From the NCBI GenBank assembly GCA_965198225.1, contig CBDAOY010000009.1, positions 992,001 through 1,056,000 on the forward strand: a stretch of 64,000 bases of DNA, in the 5' to 3' direction. Position numbers and translations under genes: made by a program. This stretch comes from Terriglobia bacterium (lineage in GTDB: Bacteria > Acidobacteriota > Terriglobia > 20CM-2-55-15). The notes under the pieces are model-generated. The model saw only the letters and a program-made list of their open reading frames with translations, had not been told where the DNA came from and made no database searches. Positions 20,515-29,657 of this stretch are shown one piece after another. Every line of letters starts with the position of its first letter. Position 1 is the first letter of the stretch.

Positions 20515-21855
20515 GTGAGACACGCTATCAGCGCGGTGGCCGCGGTTCTGTTGCTCGCTTCTGTCGCCCACGCCCAGGGTGCTCTCGAAGACACGGTCCG
20601 CGAGGAAGTGTCTTCGCTGATGGACACCTACACATACCTCCATTCCAACCCGGAACTGTCCTACTTCGAGAAAGAGACAGCGGCCTACCTCGCCGAAGAG
20701 CTGCGGCAGCTCGGTTTCACCGTGAGCGAGGAACTGGGGGACTATGGGGTGGAGGGTCGCACGTCCTACGGGTTGGTGGCGGTGCTGGAGAACGGGGAGG
20801 GTCCGACCGTTCTGGTGCGGACCGACACCGACGCGCTTCCTGTCACCGAAGCGACGGGGGCTCCATTTGCCAGCACGGTGAAAACCCGCGACGAGAACGG
20901 TAACGAAGTCGGCGTGATGCACGCCTGCGGCCACGACATACACATGACCAGCTTTCTGGGCGCCGCGAGAATGCTGACCCGGATGAAGGATCAGTGGGCC
21001 GGAACGCTGGTGATGATTGGCCAGCCGGCCGAAGAGCGGGGCGCCGGCGCCCGATCGATGCTCGCCGACGGACTCTATGAGCGTTTCCCGCTGCCCGACT
21101 ACGGTCTTGCTCTCCACATCCATGCGGCGGTCGAGGCCGGCAAGGTCGGCTTCGCCTCGGGCTATCACATGGCTAGTGTCGATTCCGTCGACATCACGGT
21201 CAAGGGGCGTGGCGGACACGGTGCGTACCCTCACACGACGATAGATCCTGTCGTAATCGCGGCCCGGATCGTGACCGGCCTGCAGACACTCGTCAGCAGG
21301 GAAGTCTCCCCTCTGGATTCCGCTGTGGTGACGGTGGGCTCGATCCATGGTGGAAGCAAGCACAACATCATCCCCGACGACGTCCGCATGCAATTGACCG
21401 TGCGTTCTTATAAGCCTGAGGTGCGCCGGCAGGTGCTGGACGGAATCCGGCGCGTCGCGATGGGAGTGGCGCTCTCAGCGGGGGTGCCGCCGGAACTCGA
21501 GCCTGTCGTAACGGTCGCGGAGGAGGAGTTCACCCCCGCGAGCTACAACGATCCGAACCTTGTAGACCGTGTTGTCGAAGTGTTCCGCGGCACGTTCGGA
21601 GAGGAGCGAGTCGTCGAAGTCGAACCGGTCATGGGCGGGGAAGACTTCTCGCGCTACGGGCTCCAGGAGCACAAAGTGCCACTTTTCATGTTCCGCGTCG
21701 GAGCGGTCGATCCTGCGACCTATGCCCAGTACCAGACCGCGGGCCGGACCCTGCCCTCTCTGCATTCCAGCGAATTCCTGCCGCTCGCCGAACCGGCCAT
21801 CCGGACCGGTATCACCGCGATGACCTCGGCGGTTTTGGAGCTGCTGAAAAAGTAG
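20515..21855 (+). CDS. Secreted M20 amidohydrolase (AmaA/hippuricase-like)
   Basis: HSNPELSYFE, RTDTDALP, MHACGHD, QPAEE, GGHGAYP and GEDF. GTG start with an SD-like sequence and a signal peptide. Confidence 0.9.
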   Translation: MRHAISAVAAVLLLASVAHAQGALEDTVREEVSSLMDTYTYLHSNPELSYFEKETAAYLAEELRQLGFTVSEELGDYGVEGRTSYGLVAVLENGEGPTVLVRTDTDALPVTEATGAPFASTVKTRDENGNEVGVMHACGHDIHMTSFLGAARMLTRMKDQWAGTLVMIGQPAEERGAGARSMLADGLYERFPLPDYGLALHIHAAVEAGKVGFASGYHMASVDSVDITVKGRGGHGAYPHTTIDPVVIAARIVTGLQTLVSREVSPLDSAVVTVGSIHGGSKHNIIPDDVRMQLTVRSYKPEVRRQVLDGIRRVAMGVALSAGVPPELEPVVTVAEEEFTPASYNDPNLVDRVVEVFRGTFGEERVVEVEPVMGGEDFSRYGLQEHKVPLFMFRVGAVDPATYAQYQTAGRTLPSLHSSEFLPLAEPAIRTGITAMTSAVLELLKK

Positions 21856-21874
21856 TCAGGCAAGAACCATCCAA

Positions 21875-21952
21875 ACTCCCCTCCTCAGATGAGGAGGGGT
21901 GGCGCGAAGCGTCGGGGTGGTGTTGACAGGGCAGAAACCACCCCGTCTGCGC
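21875..21952. repeat. CCCCTCCT/AGGAGGGG-type palindromic repeat (REP-like), partial
   Basis: Hairpin CCCCTCCTC-AGAT-GAGGAGGGG, then GGGGTGGT...ACCACCCC. Homologous to 25603-25827. Confidence 0.7.
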
Positions 21953-21972
21953 TCCTGCCGGTTGGTTCCCAA

Positions 21973-22052
21973 GACTTTTCTGCTTAGCCAACACCCGGGG
22001 ACAGGGCCAGGCCCCTGTCCCCCTCACATTGGCTCTCTCACGGACGTTCCGC
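21973..22052. repeat. About 80-bp dispersed repeat with a GGGGACAGGG...CCCTGTCCCC hairpin, copy 1
   Basis: Matches 59668-59749. The hairpin core is also present inverted at 46141-46171, and the left part at about 60410-60434. Confidence 0.75.
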
Positions 22053-22168
22053 TAGGCGACCTTGCCCAACGAAATCCGTTGACACTGTCCGTCCGCCCGG
22101 CTACGTTTGCCTGCCTATCGATTGATTCAGCTAGTGGCCTGTTACAGGTCACTAGAGGGGAATAGAAA

Positions 22169-23485
22169 ATGGAAACACTGTTGAGGGTCTGGGCCGGAGC
22201 CGTGCTGGCGGCGGTTGCTGCTGCGGGCTGCGCACAGCCAGTCGAGCAAGACACAACACCGACCGAAGAAGAGATCATTGCGCTGGCGAGGGGGATCCAC
22301 GATCGGGTTCTGACCATCGATACCCACGACGACATTCCGTTCAACTTTGCCACCGAAGAGGTCGATCCCGGCGTTCGCGGTAACCGGAAAGTCGACATAC
22401 CCAAGATGGTCGAAGGCGGTCTGGACGTCGGCTTCTTCGTCGTCTACGTTGGCCAGGGTGAACGCGACGAGTACGAGTTCGCCAAAGAACGCGCGATGAC
22501 CAAGTTCGATGCGATCCACCGAATGACCGAGGACATGCACCCCGACAAGATCGAGCTGGCCCACACGGCCGACGATGTCGAGAGGATCGCCGCGTCAGGC
22601 AAACTGGTCGCCGCGATCGGCATCGAGAACGGTTGGGTTATCGGGAAGGATCTGGCCCTGATCGAGACGTACCACGAGCTGGGAGCGCGTTACGTAACGC
22701 TGGCCCACAATGGTCACAACGACATCTGTGATTCCGCCAACCCACGACCGCAGCTCGGGGACGAAGAATCCGAGCACGATGGCGTCAGTGAGTTCGGCGA
22801 GCAGGTCATAGCCGAAATGAACCGTGTCGGTATCATGGTCGATGTTTCCCACATTTCGAAGAAGTCGATGCTGGATGCGGCCAGGCTTTCTCGGGCCCCG
22901 GTTATCGCTTCTCACTCCAGTACCAGAGCGTTGTGTGACGTCTCCCGCAATATGGATGATGAACAGTTGCTGGCCCTCAAGGAGAATGGGGGTGTGATGC
23001 AGACGGTCGCACTCGCCGGCTTCGTCAAAGTCGACCCCGGGAGGAATGACTCTATCGCCGCGCTGCGTGAGGAGCTGGGTCTCGAGGGGGGACGGGGCCG
23101 CGGCGGTCGTGGCCGCGGTGGGCAGGCCGCGCAGCTGTCTGAATCCGAGCTGGCGGAGCGGCAGGCACGGCAAACTCAGTTTGACGAGCGCATGCAAGCC
23201 ATCGACGAGCAGTACCCGCCGGCCAACGTCCAGGACTTCGTCGACCACATCGATCACGCTGTCAACCTCATCGGCGTCGACCATGTTGGCATCAGCTCCG
23301 ACTTTGACGGGGGTGGTGGAATTGTCGGCTGGAACGATGCCAGCGAGACCTTCAACGTGACGCTCGAGCTCGTTCGCCGCGGCTACTCCGAAGAGGAAAT
23401 CGCCAAGCTGTGGGGCGGCAATCTCTTGCGCGTGTGGCGGGAGACCGAGCGTGTCGCGGAGGAGATGAAGGCGGAGGAAGACTAG
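22169..23485 (+). CDS. M19 membrane dipeptidase, lipoprotein
   Basis: Lipobox AAGC, DTHDD, GIENG, TLAH, VDVSH, IASHS, DHIDH, SDFDG and GGNLLRVW. Contains an RGG-rich insert. Confidence 0.92.
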   Translation: METLLRVWAGAVLAAVAAAGCAQPVEQDTTPTEEEIIALARGIHDRVLTIDTHDDIPFNFATEEVDPGVRGNRKVDIPKMVEGGLDVGFFVVYVGQGERDEYEFAKERAMTKFDAIHRMTEDMHPDKIELAHTADDVERIAASGKLVAAIGIENGWVIGKDLALIETYHELGARYVTLAHNGHNDICDSANPRPQLGDEESEHDGVSEFGEQVIAEMNRVGIMVDVSHISKKSMLDAARLSRAPVIASHSSTRALCDVSRNMDDEQLLALKENGGVMQTVALAGFVKVDPGRNDSIAALREELGLEGGRGRGGRGRGGQAAQLSESELAERQARQTQFDERMQAIDEQYPPANVQDFVDHIDHAVNLIGVDHVGISSDFDGGGGIVGWNDASETFNVTLELVRRGYSEEEIAKLWGGNLLRVWRETERVAEEMKAEED

Positions 23486-23490
23486 CGTTG

Positions 23491-23531
23491 GTTCGAGAGC
23501 CGGTGCGGACTTACCGCACCGGCTCTCGAAC
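23491..23531 (+). terminator. Perfect 18-bp hairpin after the dipeptidase gene
   Basis: GTTCGAGAGCCGGTGCGG-ACTTA-CCGCACCGGCTCTCGAAC, starting 6 nt after the stop. No U-tract. Confidence 0.55.
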
Positions 23532-23797
23532 AGTAGTCCGTTGTTCGTTGTCGCTAGTCAGCGACTTCATCGACTTACCAATCATCCGTCACGCGTTGCT
23601 CTCGGGATGAGCCCAACTGACGACTGACTACTGTCACCCTCATCCAGTCATACCCATGACGCTTTTCAGGAACCGTTCCCACCGAGTGACTGTTTCTTGA
23701 CATCACGGAAGTGGTGGCAAGACCCTGCCCATTGTCTAATCGATTGAATATGGGCTAGTTATTAGTATTCCCGGGCAATCGATCCGAGCGGCGATGT

Positions 23798-23813
23798 TGG
23801 TAGCGGAGCTGCA
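23798..23813 (+). promoter_or_regulatory. Candidate sigma-54 (-24/-12) promoter
   Basis: TGGTAGCGGAGCTGCA fits GG-N10-GC, about 60 nt before ATG 23876. An AT-rich tract and short palindromes (GTCAT-ACCC-ATGAC) lie upstream. Imperfect match. Confidence 0.3.
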
Positions 23814-23875
23814 CAATCTGATGACCAGGAACCAAAATCCGATCACGAGTGAGATGTGAGCACAGGAGGTGCGCG

Positions 23876-24319
23876 ATGGTGGCGAAAGATTTCTTAACTG
23901 ATTTGAGAGACACATGTGATCTGTTCAGCTGGGAAGTTCAACCACGAAACCGACACTTGCGGGGAGCTCTCAAGACGGGCGAAACCCGCGTACCCTTCGA
24001 TCCGATCACGGCCTTGGCTTTTGTGAAGAGCGGGCGAGCGTTCGCCCAGGGCGACTGGCTGCGCGCGGGCCGGATGCTCGGACTCTCCGAGAACGACAGC
24101 GACTCGATCATCGATGCCGCCAACAACAAGTTGTGGAAGCACGTCGAGAATGAAACGGCGCTGGATGGCTACGCCGAATGGCTTCGTGCCGAGATAATCA
24201 GCGCTGTCGGGTTGGAGCCCGAGTTCGAGTCGGAGCCGATTCTGAGCGAGGATGACCTGGCTGAAACCGCTCAACCAACTGCAGGGCGACAGCGCGAAGC
24301 TGAGCCCGCACATGTTTAG
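23876..24319 (+). CDS. Hypothetical 147-aa protein with an acidic tail
   Basis: AGGAGG precedes ATG 23876. It ends 33 nt before the Clp-like gene. No family recognised. Confidence 0.7.
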   Translation: MVAKDFLTDLRDTCDLFSWEVQPRNRHLRGALKTGETRVPFDPITALAFVKSGRAFAQGDWLRAGRMLGLSENDSDSIIDAANNKLWKHVENETALDGYAEWLRAEIISAVGLEPEFESEPILSEDDLAETAQPTAGRQREAEPAHV

Positions 24320-24352
24320 GCCTCTCCCGGCGCACCGGACCAGGAGTTAGAC

Positions 24353-25528
24353 ATGAGCAGTTCATACGCGCCCCAGCAAGTCGTCCTCGACCCCGAGATA
24401 CGCAGTCCGGAAGTTCAGGAGTTCGAGAAGGCGCTCACTGACAAGATCGTAGGGCAGGAACGGGCCGTTCGACGAATGGTCAACATGTACCAGATCTTCC
24501 TCGCCGGGATGAACGTGCCCGGCCGGCCGGTCGGCACGATGCTTTTCCTCGGACCCACCGGATCGGGAAAGACGCGGGTCGTGGAGGCTTCGGCCGAGAT
24601 CCTCTTCGGTCATACCCGAGCGTTTATCAAGATCGACTGCGCGGAGTTCCAGCACAGCCACGAAATCGCGAAACTCATCGGTTCGCCGCCGGGATATCTG
24701 GGACACCGCGAAACGCCTCCTTTGCTGACCCAGGAAGCTCTCGACCAATACCACACCGACAGTCTGAAGCTCAGTTTCCTGCTCTTCGACGAGATCGAGA
24801 AAGCGGACGATTCACTGTGGCAGCTGCTGCTTGGGGTGCTCGACAAAGGCACGCTCACGCTGGGCGACAACCGCAAGGTGGATTTCTCCAAAACGATCGT
24901 CGTAATGACGTCCAACCTGGGCGCCGCCGAGATGGGCAAGCTCGTCGAGGGCGGAATCGGGTTCTCCTCGGCCAAGCCGGGAGAGATCGACATTGAAACG
25001 ATAGACCAGAAGATCTACCGCACCGCGACTGAAGTCGCGAAGAAAAAATTCACGCCGGAGTTCATGAACAGGATCGACAAGGTGGTCGTCTTTAGAACCC
25101 TCGCGCGGGAGCACCTGAGAAGTATCGTAGAGCTGGAACTCAACGAAGTACGAAACCGAATCATGACATCCCAGTCGGGTCGGCAGTTCATCCTCCACTG
25201 TACGGACGTCGTGAAAGACTTCTTGTTGGATGAGGGAACGGACATGAGGTATGGCGCCCGACATTTGAAAAGGGCGATCGAACGATTCCTCGTATTCCCT
25301 CTCTCGAATTTGATTGCGACCGGCCAGATCGAGCTCGGTGATCTGATCAAAGTCGACTTGAACCCTGAGAAAGAGAAGCTGAATTTCGTCCGCGAACGTT
25401 CGGCTCCCTTCATGAACCCCTTGCGAGAATCGAGTGCCGACGAGTCAGAGTATTACAGCCACGCGGCGCCGTCGATTCCCGATACCCGCATCGGTCCCGC
25501 CAACACGGATACGCCAAGCGTTTTCTAG
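24353..25528 (+). CDS. Stand-alone ClpA/B/C D2-type AAA+ ATPase (AAA_2 + D2-small)
   Basis: [55 protein letters not shown] and YGARHLKRAI. No N-domain or D1 ring. Confidence 0.9.
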   Translation: MSSSYAPQQVVLDPEIRSPEVQEFEKALTDKIVGQERAVRRMVNMYQIFLAGMNVPGRPVGTMLFLGPTGSGKTRVVEASAEILFGHTRAFIKIDCAEFQHSHEIAKLIGSPPGYLGHRETPPLLTQEALDQYHTDSLKLSFLLFDEIEKADDSLWQLLLGVLDKGTLTLGDNRKVDFSKTIVVMTSNLGAAEMGKLVEGGIGFSSAKPGEIDIETIDQKIYRTATEVAKKKFTPEFMNRIDKVVVFRTLAREHLRSIVELELNEVRNRIMTSQSGRQFILHCTDVVKDFLLDEGTDMRYGARHLKRAIERFLVFPLSNLIATGQIELGDLIKVDLNPEKEKLNFVRERSAPFMNPLRESSADESEYYSHAAPSIPDTRIGPANTDTPSVF

Positions 25529-25570
25529 CATCCCAGCCTTATAAGAGTCGCTTCTGTCGCAATAAGCTTG

Positions 25571-25603
25571 AAAGGGTCCCCAGGGGGCCCTTTTGCTTTT
25601 CTT
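25571..25603 (+). terminator. Possible intrinsic terminator
   Basis: AAAGGGTCC...GGGCCCTTT stem followed by a T-rich tail, downstream of the Clp-like gene. Confidence 0.4.
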
Positions 25604-25827
25604 AGGAGGGGTGGCGCGACGCGCCGGGGTGGTGTTGATAAAAAAACTCCGGACAGCCCTAGACAGCCGCGCAATACTAAAAAACAACCACCCCGTCTGC
25701 GCCGTCGGTGCATCCACCCGGTTAGTCCAACCACCCCGTCTGCGCCGTCGGTGCATCCACCCGGTTAATCCAACCACCCCGTCTGCACCTTCGGCGCATC
25801 CACCCCTCCTTATCCAAGGAGGGGAGT
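25603..25827. repeat. AGGAGGGG-type REP doublet with an internal 43-bp tandem expansion
   Basis: Unit CAACCACCCCGTCTGCGCCGTCGGTGCATCCACCCGGTTAGTC at 25685 and 25728, partial at 25771. Ends in CCCCTCCTT-ATCC-AAGGAGGGG. Confidence 0.8.
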
Positions 25828-26008
25828 CGGCTCCTTTTTCCACAGGACTTGCTGACCACTGGCGACTGGCCCTCCGACTCGTCACTGGTCACTCGTCACT
25901 TCTTCTCCCAACTTACGACTCCCTAAACCCTCACGCCCGACCAGCCGATAAGCCATACAGGAACCCGTATTCTGCGGGCAGTTCCTCGCGCACAGCGGTA
26001 AGTTTCAC

Positions 26009-26707
26009 ATGAATCGAATACTGCAGTTTCCGAAGCCGAAAGACATTTCCACTCAGCAACACGACCCGGATCGGCCGGAGGGGATGGGTTCTCACACCGA
26101 TGAACTGACCGGTTTCTACCATCGGCGTCTGTTCGAGGACCGCCTGTCACTAGAGACGGCTCGCTGCCGCCGGAAAGGTGGAGCTCTGTCGGCGATCCTG
26201 GTCGGAGTTGACGGTTTAGAGCAGATGACCGACGAGTTGGAAGGCGCAGAGGGTGCCGACCAGCCTCTGATGTCAGTCGCCGCCATGTTGCGGGAGACCG
26301 CTCGCATCACCGATGTCGTCTGCCGCTGGGGAGGAGATCAGTTCTGCCTGCTCCTCCCGGACACGGATATGCGGGCCGCGACTTTCATCGCCGATCATCT
26401 CCGCGAAGCGGCTGCCTCGTCAGAGGCACGACTCTCCGCGCCGATCTCTTGCAGCATCGGCGTGGCGCAGTGGGACTCATCGAGCGAAACGACCCGGGAT
26501 TTCCTCGACCGGCTCGAAATGACTTTCGTTTCGGCCAAAGACGGTGACGGCAACGTGGGGGGAGTGGCCAACTCAAATGAGACTTCCCACAGACCGACAA
26601 GCGAGCACCCCGAACAGATCGACCCGTCGCGCTGGGGGATGCCCCGAACCTTCTTCGTCGTACCGCCTCTGCCGCCCGAGACCGACGCCACCGATTCCGT
26701 CAGCTGA
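26009..26707 (+). CDS. Degenerate stand-alone GGDEF-domain protein (GGDQF)
   Basis: DELTGFYHRR, ILVGVDGLEQMTD (metal Asp and the conserved Asn lost), RITD I-site, RWGGDQF and SIGVA. Confidence 0.82.
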   Translation: MNRILQFPKPKDISTQQHDPDRPEGMGSHTDELTGFYHRRLFEDRLSLETARCRRKGGALSAILVGVDGLEQMTDELEGAEGADQPLMSVAAMLRETARITDVVCRWGGDQFCLLLPDTDMRAATFIADHLREAAASSEARLSAPISCSIGVAQWDSSSETTRDFLDRLEMTFVSAKDGDGNVGGVANSNETSHRPTSEHPEQIDPSRWGMPRTFFVVPPLPPETDATDSVS

Positions 26708-27181
26708 TTCCGGCGATCACCTGCCCTGAGTGCCACAGCTTGTCCCACACCTGAGTTTGTAATCACGAGCGCGCAAAGGTGGCCCCTTCTTTCGAATAGC
26801 AAATCGTGATATTGAGTAATCCCCATTGCAGGTTGGCTCAATGGAAATTGCTTCATTTCGAACATTGGAGTAGCAGCCTTCCGGAGACTGACTGGCATCC
26901 GCGCTCTTATCCGGTCGACGAAGAACCGCTCGAAGCTTCGATCAATGACAACTTGAGCAATTTTCCGGTGTCCAACTTCCAATGTGGATTCGTCCGATGG
27001 CCAATTCTTCGATGGTCCTGGGACCAGGAATTCTCGGTACTCGTTCAAAAAAGCGGAATTGCCAGTTTCCTCATTTCGGAGAGCTTCCTCGGAACATCCG
27101 ATGCTTCATCCGCGTATCTAGTGGCCTGAACGTGACGTGTCGGAGTTTCTACGCCGATCATCGAACTGGAGGAAGACCCTG

Positions 27182-29650
27182 ATGCACAGCTGGATGAATG
27201 ACCTGCGCTACGCGGTGAGGGTGCTTGCGAGGAACCCCGGGTTTGCGGGGGTCGTCGTGTTGACGCTGGCACTTGGTATCGGTGCCAACACCGCGATGTT
27301 CACCGTCATCAACGCGGTGATCCTAAAGCCGCCCGGGGTAGAGAAGCCGGGCGAGCTCGTGAATCTCTACACATGGCGCGCCGGCGACTTCCTGGCCAAT
27401 CAGCCTTCTTCCTTCTACGACTACGAGTATTACCGCGACAACAACCGCGTCTTCGCCGGTTTGGCCGGGTACTCGCTGGCGCCGGCTAGCCTGGGGACGG
27501 GGCGCGACGCGGCGATGGTCATGGGCGAAACCGTTTCCGGCAACTACTTCGAAGTGCTGGGTATCATCCCGGCGCTCGGCCGCTTCTTCCGTCCCGAAGA
27601 AGATCAGACAGAAGGAACACACCCCGTCGTCGTGCTCAGCACCGCCTTGTGGGCCAGCCGTTTTGGTTCCGACCCGGACATCATCGGTTCGGATGTGCGG
27701 TTGAACGGCTTCCCGTACTTCGTCATCGGGGTCGCCCCGGCGTCTTTCTCCGGAGGCATGCGGGGGTTCGCTTCCGATTTCTGGGTTCCATTGATGATGC
27801 TGGAACAACTCCAGCCCGGTACCGACCAGCTGGTGAGCCGGCGCAACCGTTGGCTTTTCGTGGTCGGGCGTCTGCAATCCGATGTCGGCATCGATTCTGC
27901 GCGGATCGACATCGAGACGCTCGCCAGTCAGCTGGCGCTGGACGACCCGAGTGCGGAGGACACCGACACCGCGACACTGTTTCCGACCAACAGGGTCGTG
28001 TTCCTGCCTGATGCCGACAGTGCGATCTTCGCAGTTTCAGGTCTCCTGATGGCTCTCGTGGGAGTGGTGCTGCTGATCGCGTGCGCCAACGTGGCTAACC
28101 TGTTGCTGGCCCGGTCCCTGAGCCGGCGCAAGGAGATCGCCGTCCGGATGTCGATGGGCGCCAGCCGGTGGCGTCTCGTTCGGCAGATGTTGACTGAAAG
28201 CCTTCTGCTTGCGCTTATGGCGGGCGTTGTCGGCTTCCTTGTCGCGCAGTGGTCGGCCCGCGTCCTGGTAGCCGGCGTTGCCGGGGTTCCCCTTCCGCTC
28301 GACATTCGGCTGGCTCTCGATCTTGGCGTCGACTGGCGAATTCTGGGTTTCAGCCTGCTTGCATCAATCGTGGCAGGCATCTCGTTTGGGATGGCGCCGG
28401 CGCTGCAGAGTATCCGGACCGATGTCGTCGGAAACCTGAAGGACACGGCGGGCTCCGTGACAGCCGACAGGCGACGTTTCCGGCTCCGTGGTGCACTGGT
28501 GGTATCGCAGGTGATGCTCTCCCTGATGCTCCTGGTGTCCGCGGGCCTTTTTCTGAGGAGCCTGCTGAACGTACATACGACCGATCCCGGTCTCCGGACC
28601 GACGGTGTCTTCACAGCACAGCTCCTGCCGATGCTGCGTGGCTATGACGAGGAGCAAACACAGCAGTTCTTCGCCCGGGTGATCGACCGTGTGCGGGCCC
28701 TGCCGGGTGTCGAGACGGCGGGTCTCGTCTCCCATCTTCCGCTGACGCTGAGCATCCGGACCAGTGGAGCCCTGCCGGAAGGCCAGCCCGAGGTTGCCCC
28801 GCGCGACTTCCCGGACATCGACAACACCAACGTCTGGCCGGGTTACTTCCAGACCTTGGGTATCGCGCTCCTGTCGGGTCGGGGTTTCCAGGAAGGTGAC
28901 AAAGTCGACACTCCCGACGTGATCGTCGTCAATCAGGCGTTTGCCGAACGGTTCTGGCCCGGCGAGGATCCGGTCGGGAAGAAGGTGCGTACAGGCCGGG
29001 ACGGCCAGAACACGGCGCGAGTCGTCGGCGTGGTTTCCAACGGCCGGTATCGCACGCTCGGAGAGAATCCGCGTCCCTTCATGTACCACTCGATGCTGCA
29101 GCGGTCCGAGGATGTGGCCGATCTCCTCGTCTTCGCGCCCGGGATGCCGGCATCGTTCCTCGAAACTCTGCGGGAAGAAGTCCTGGCCGTCGACGAGAAC
29201 GTTCCGGTAACGACGCTGGCGATGCTCGAGGACCGCCTGAGTCTGGCTTTGTTGTTGCCGCGCATGGGGGCGCTGCTGTTCGGCGTGATCGGCGTCATCG
29301 GCCTGGTCCTCGCCGCGAGCGGAATACTCGGAGTCATGTCCTATGCCGTCAGTCAGCGGACCCGGGAGATCGGCATTCGCGTGGCCCTCGGAGCCGGACC
29401 GTCGAACATTCTCGGTCTGATCGTGGGACACGGCCTGGTCCTGGCCGGTATCGGGGTAGCTCTCGGAACGCTGGCGTCGTTCGGGTTGACCCGTTTCATG
29501 GCGGCCCTTCTGGTTGGGGTCAGCCCTGCGGATCCGATGACGTTCATCGGAGTCGTCGTGCTGCTGATCGGTATCGCGTCACTGGCTTGCTACGTCCCGG
29601 CCCGACAGGCGCTGCAGGTCGATCCCATGGACGCCCTGCGGGCAGACTAG
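27182..29650 (+). CDS. ADOP-type duplicated MacB/FtsX ABC permease
   Basis: DLRYAVRVL..NPGF, LALGIGANTAMF, LLIACANVANLLL..R.KEIAVR, YAVSQRTREIGIRVALGA and PARQALQVDP..ALRAD. Confidence 0.93.
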   Translation: MHSWMNDLRYAVRVLARNPGFAGVVVLTLALGIGANTAMFTVINAVILKPPGVEKPGELVNLYTWRAGDFLANQPSSFYDYEYYRDNNRVFAGLAGYSLAPASLGTGRDAAMVMGETVSGNYFEVLGIIPALGRFFRPEEDQTEGTHPVVVLSTALWASRFGSDPDIIGSDVRLNGFPYFVIGVAPASFSGGMRGFASDFWVPLMMLEQLQPGTDQLVSRRNRWLFVVGRLQSDVGIDSARIDIETLASQLALDDPSAEDTDTATLFPTNRVVFLPDADSAIFAVSGLLMALVGVVLLIACANVANLLLARSLSRRKEIAVRMSMGASRWRLVRQMLTESLLLALMAGVVGFLVAQWSARVLVAGVAGVPLPLDIRLALDLGVDWRILGFSLLASIVAGISFGMAPALQSIRTDVVGNLKDTAGSVTADRRRFRLRGALVVSQVMLSLMLLVSAGLFLRSLLNVHTTDPGLRTDGVFTAQLLPMLRGYDEEQTQQFFARVIDRVRALPGVETAGLVSHLPLTLSIRTSGALPEGQPEVAPRDFPDIDNTNVWPGYFQTLGIALLSGRGFQEGDKVDTPDVIVVNQAFAERFWPGEDPVGKKVRTGRDGQNTARVVGVVSNGRYRTLGENPRPFMYHSMLQRSEDVADLLVFAPGMPASFLETLREEVLAVDENVPVTTLAMLEDRLSLALLLPRMGALLFGVIGVIGLVLAASGILGVMSYAVSQRTREIGIRVALGAGPSNILGLIVGHGLVLAGIGVALGTLASFGLTRFMAALLVGVSPADPMTFIGVVVLLIGIASLACYVPARQALQVDPMDALRAD

Positions 29651-29657
29651 TGGCTGA

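Noticed and set aside
24353-25528. clpB/clpC pseudogene or clpX
   Set aside because: No D1 or N-domain remnant is seen upstream and it has its own SD and start. It lacks the ClpX zinc-binding domain, so no symbol was assigned.
25685-25805. Possible CRISPR array
   Set aside because: Units are contiguous without unique spacers, derive from a REP arm, and no cas genes are present.
26710-27130. ORFs 26395..27048 and 26806..27129
   Set aside because: Lower-GC intergenic DNA with degenerate repeats and no recognisable protein features.
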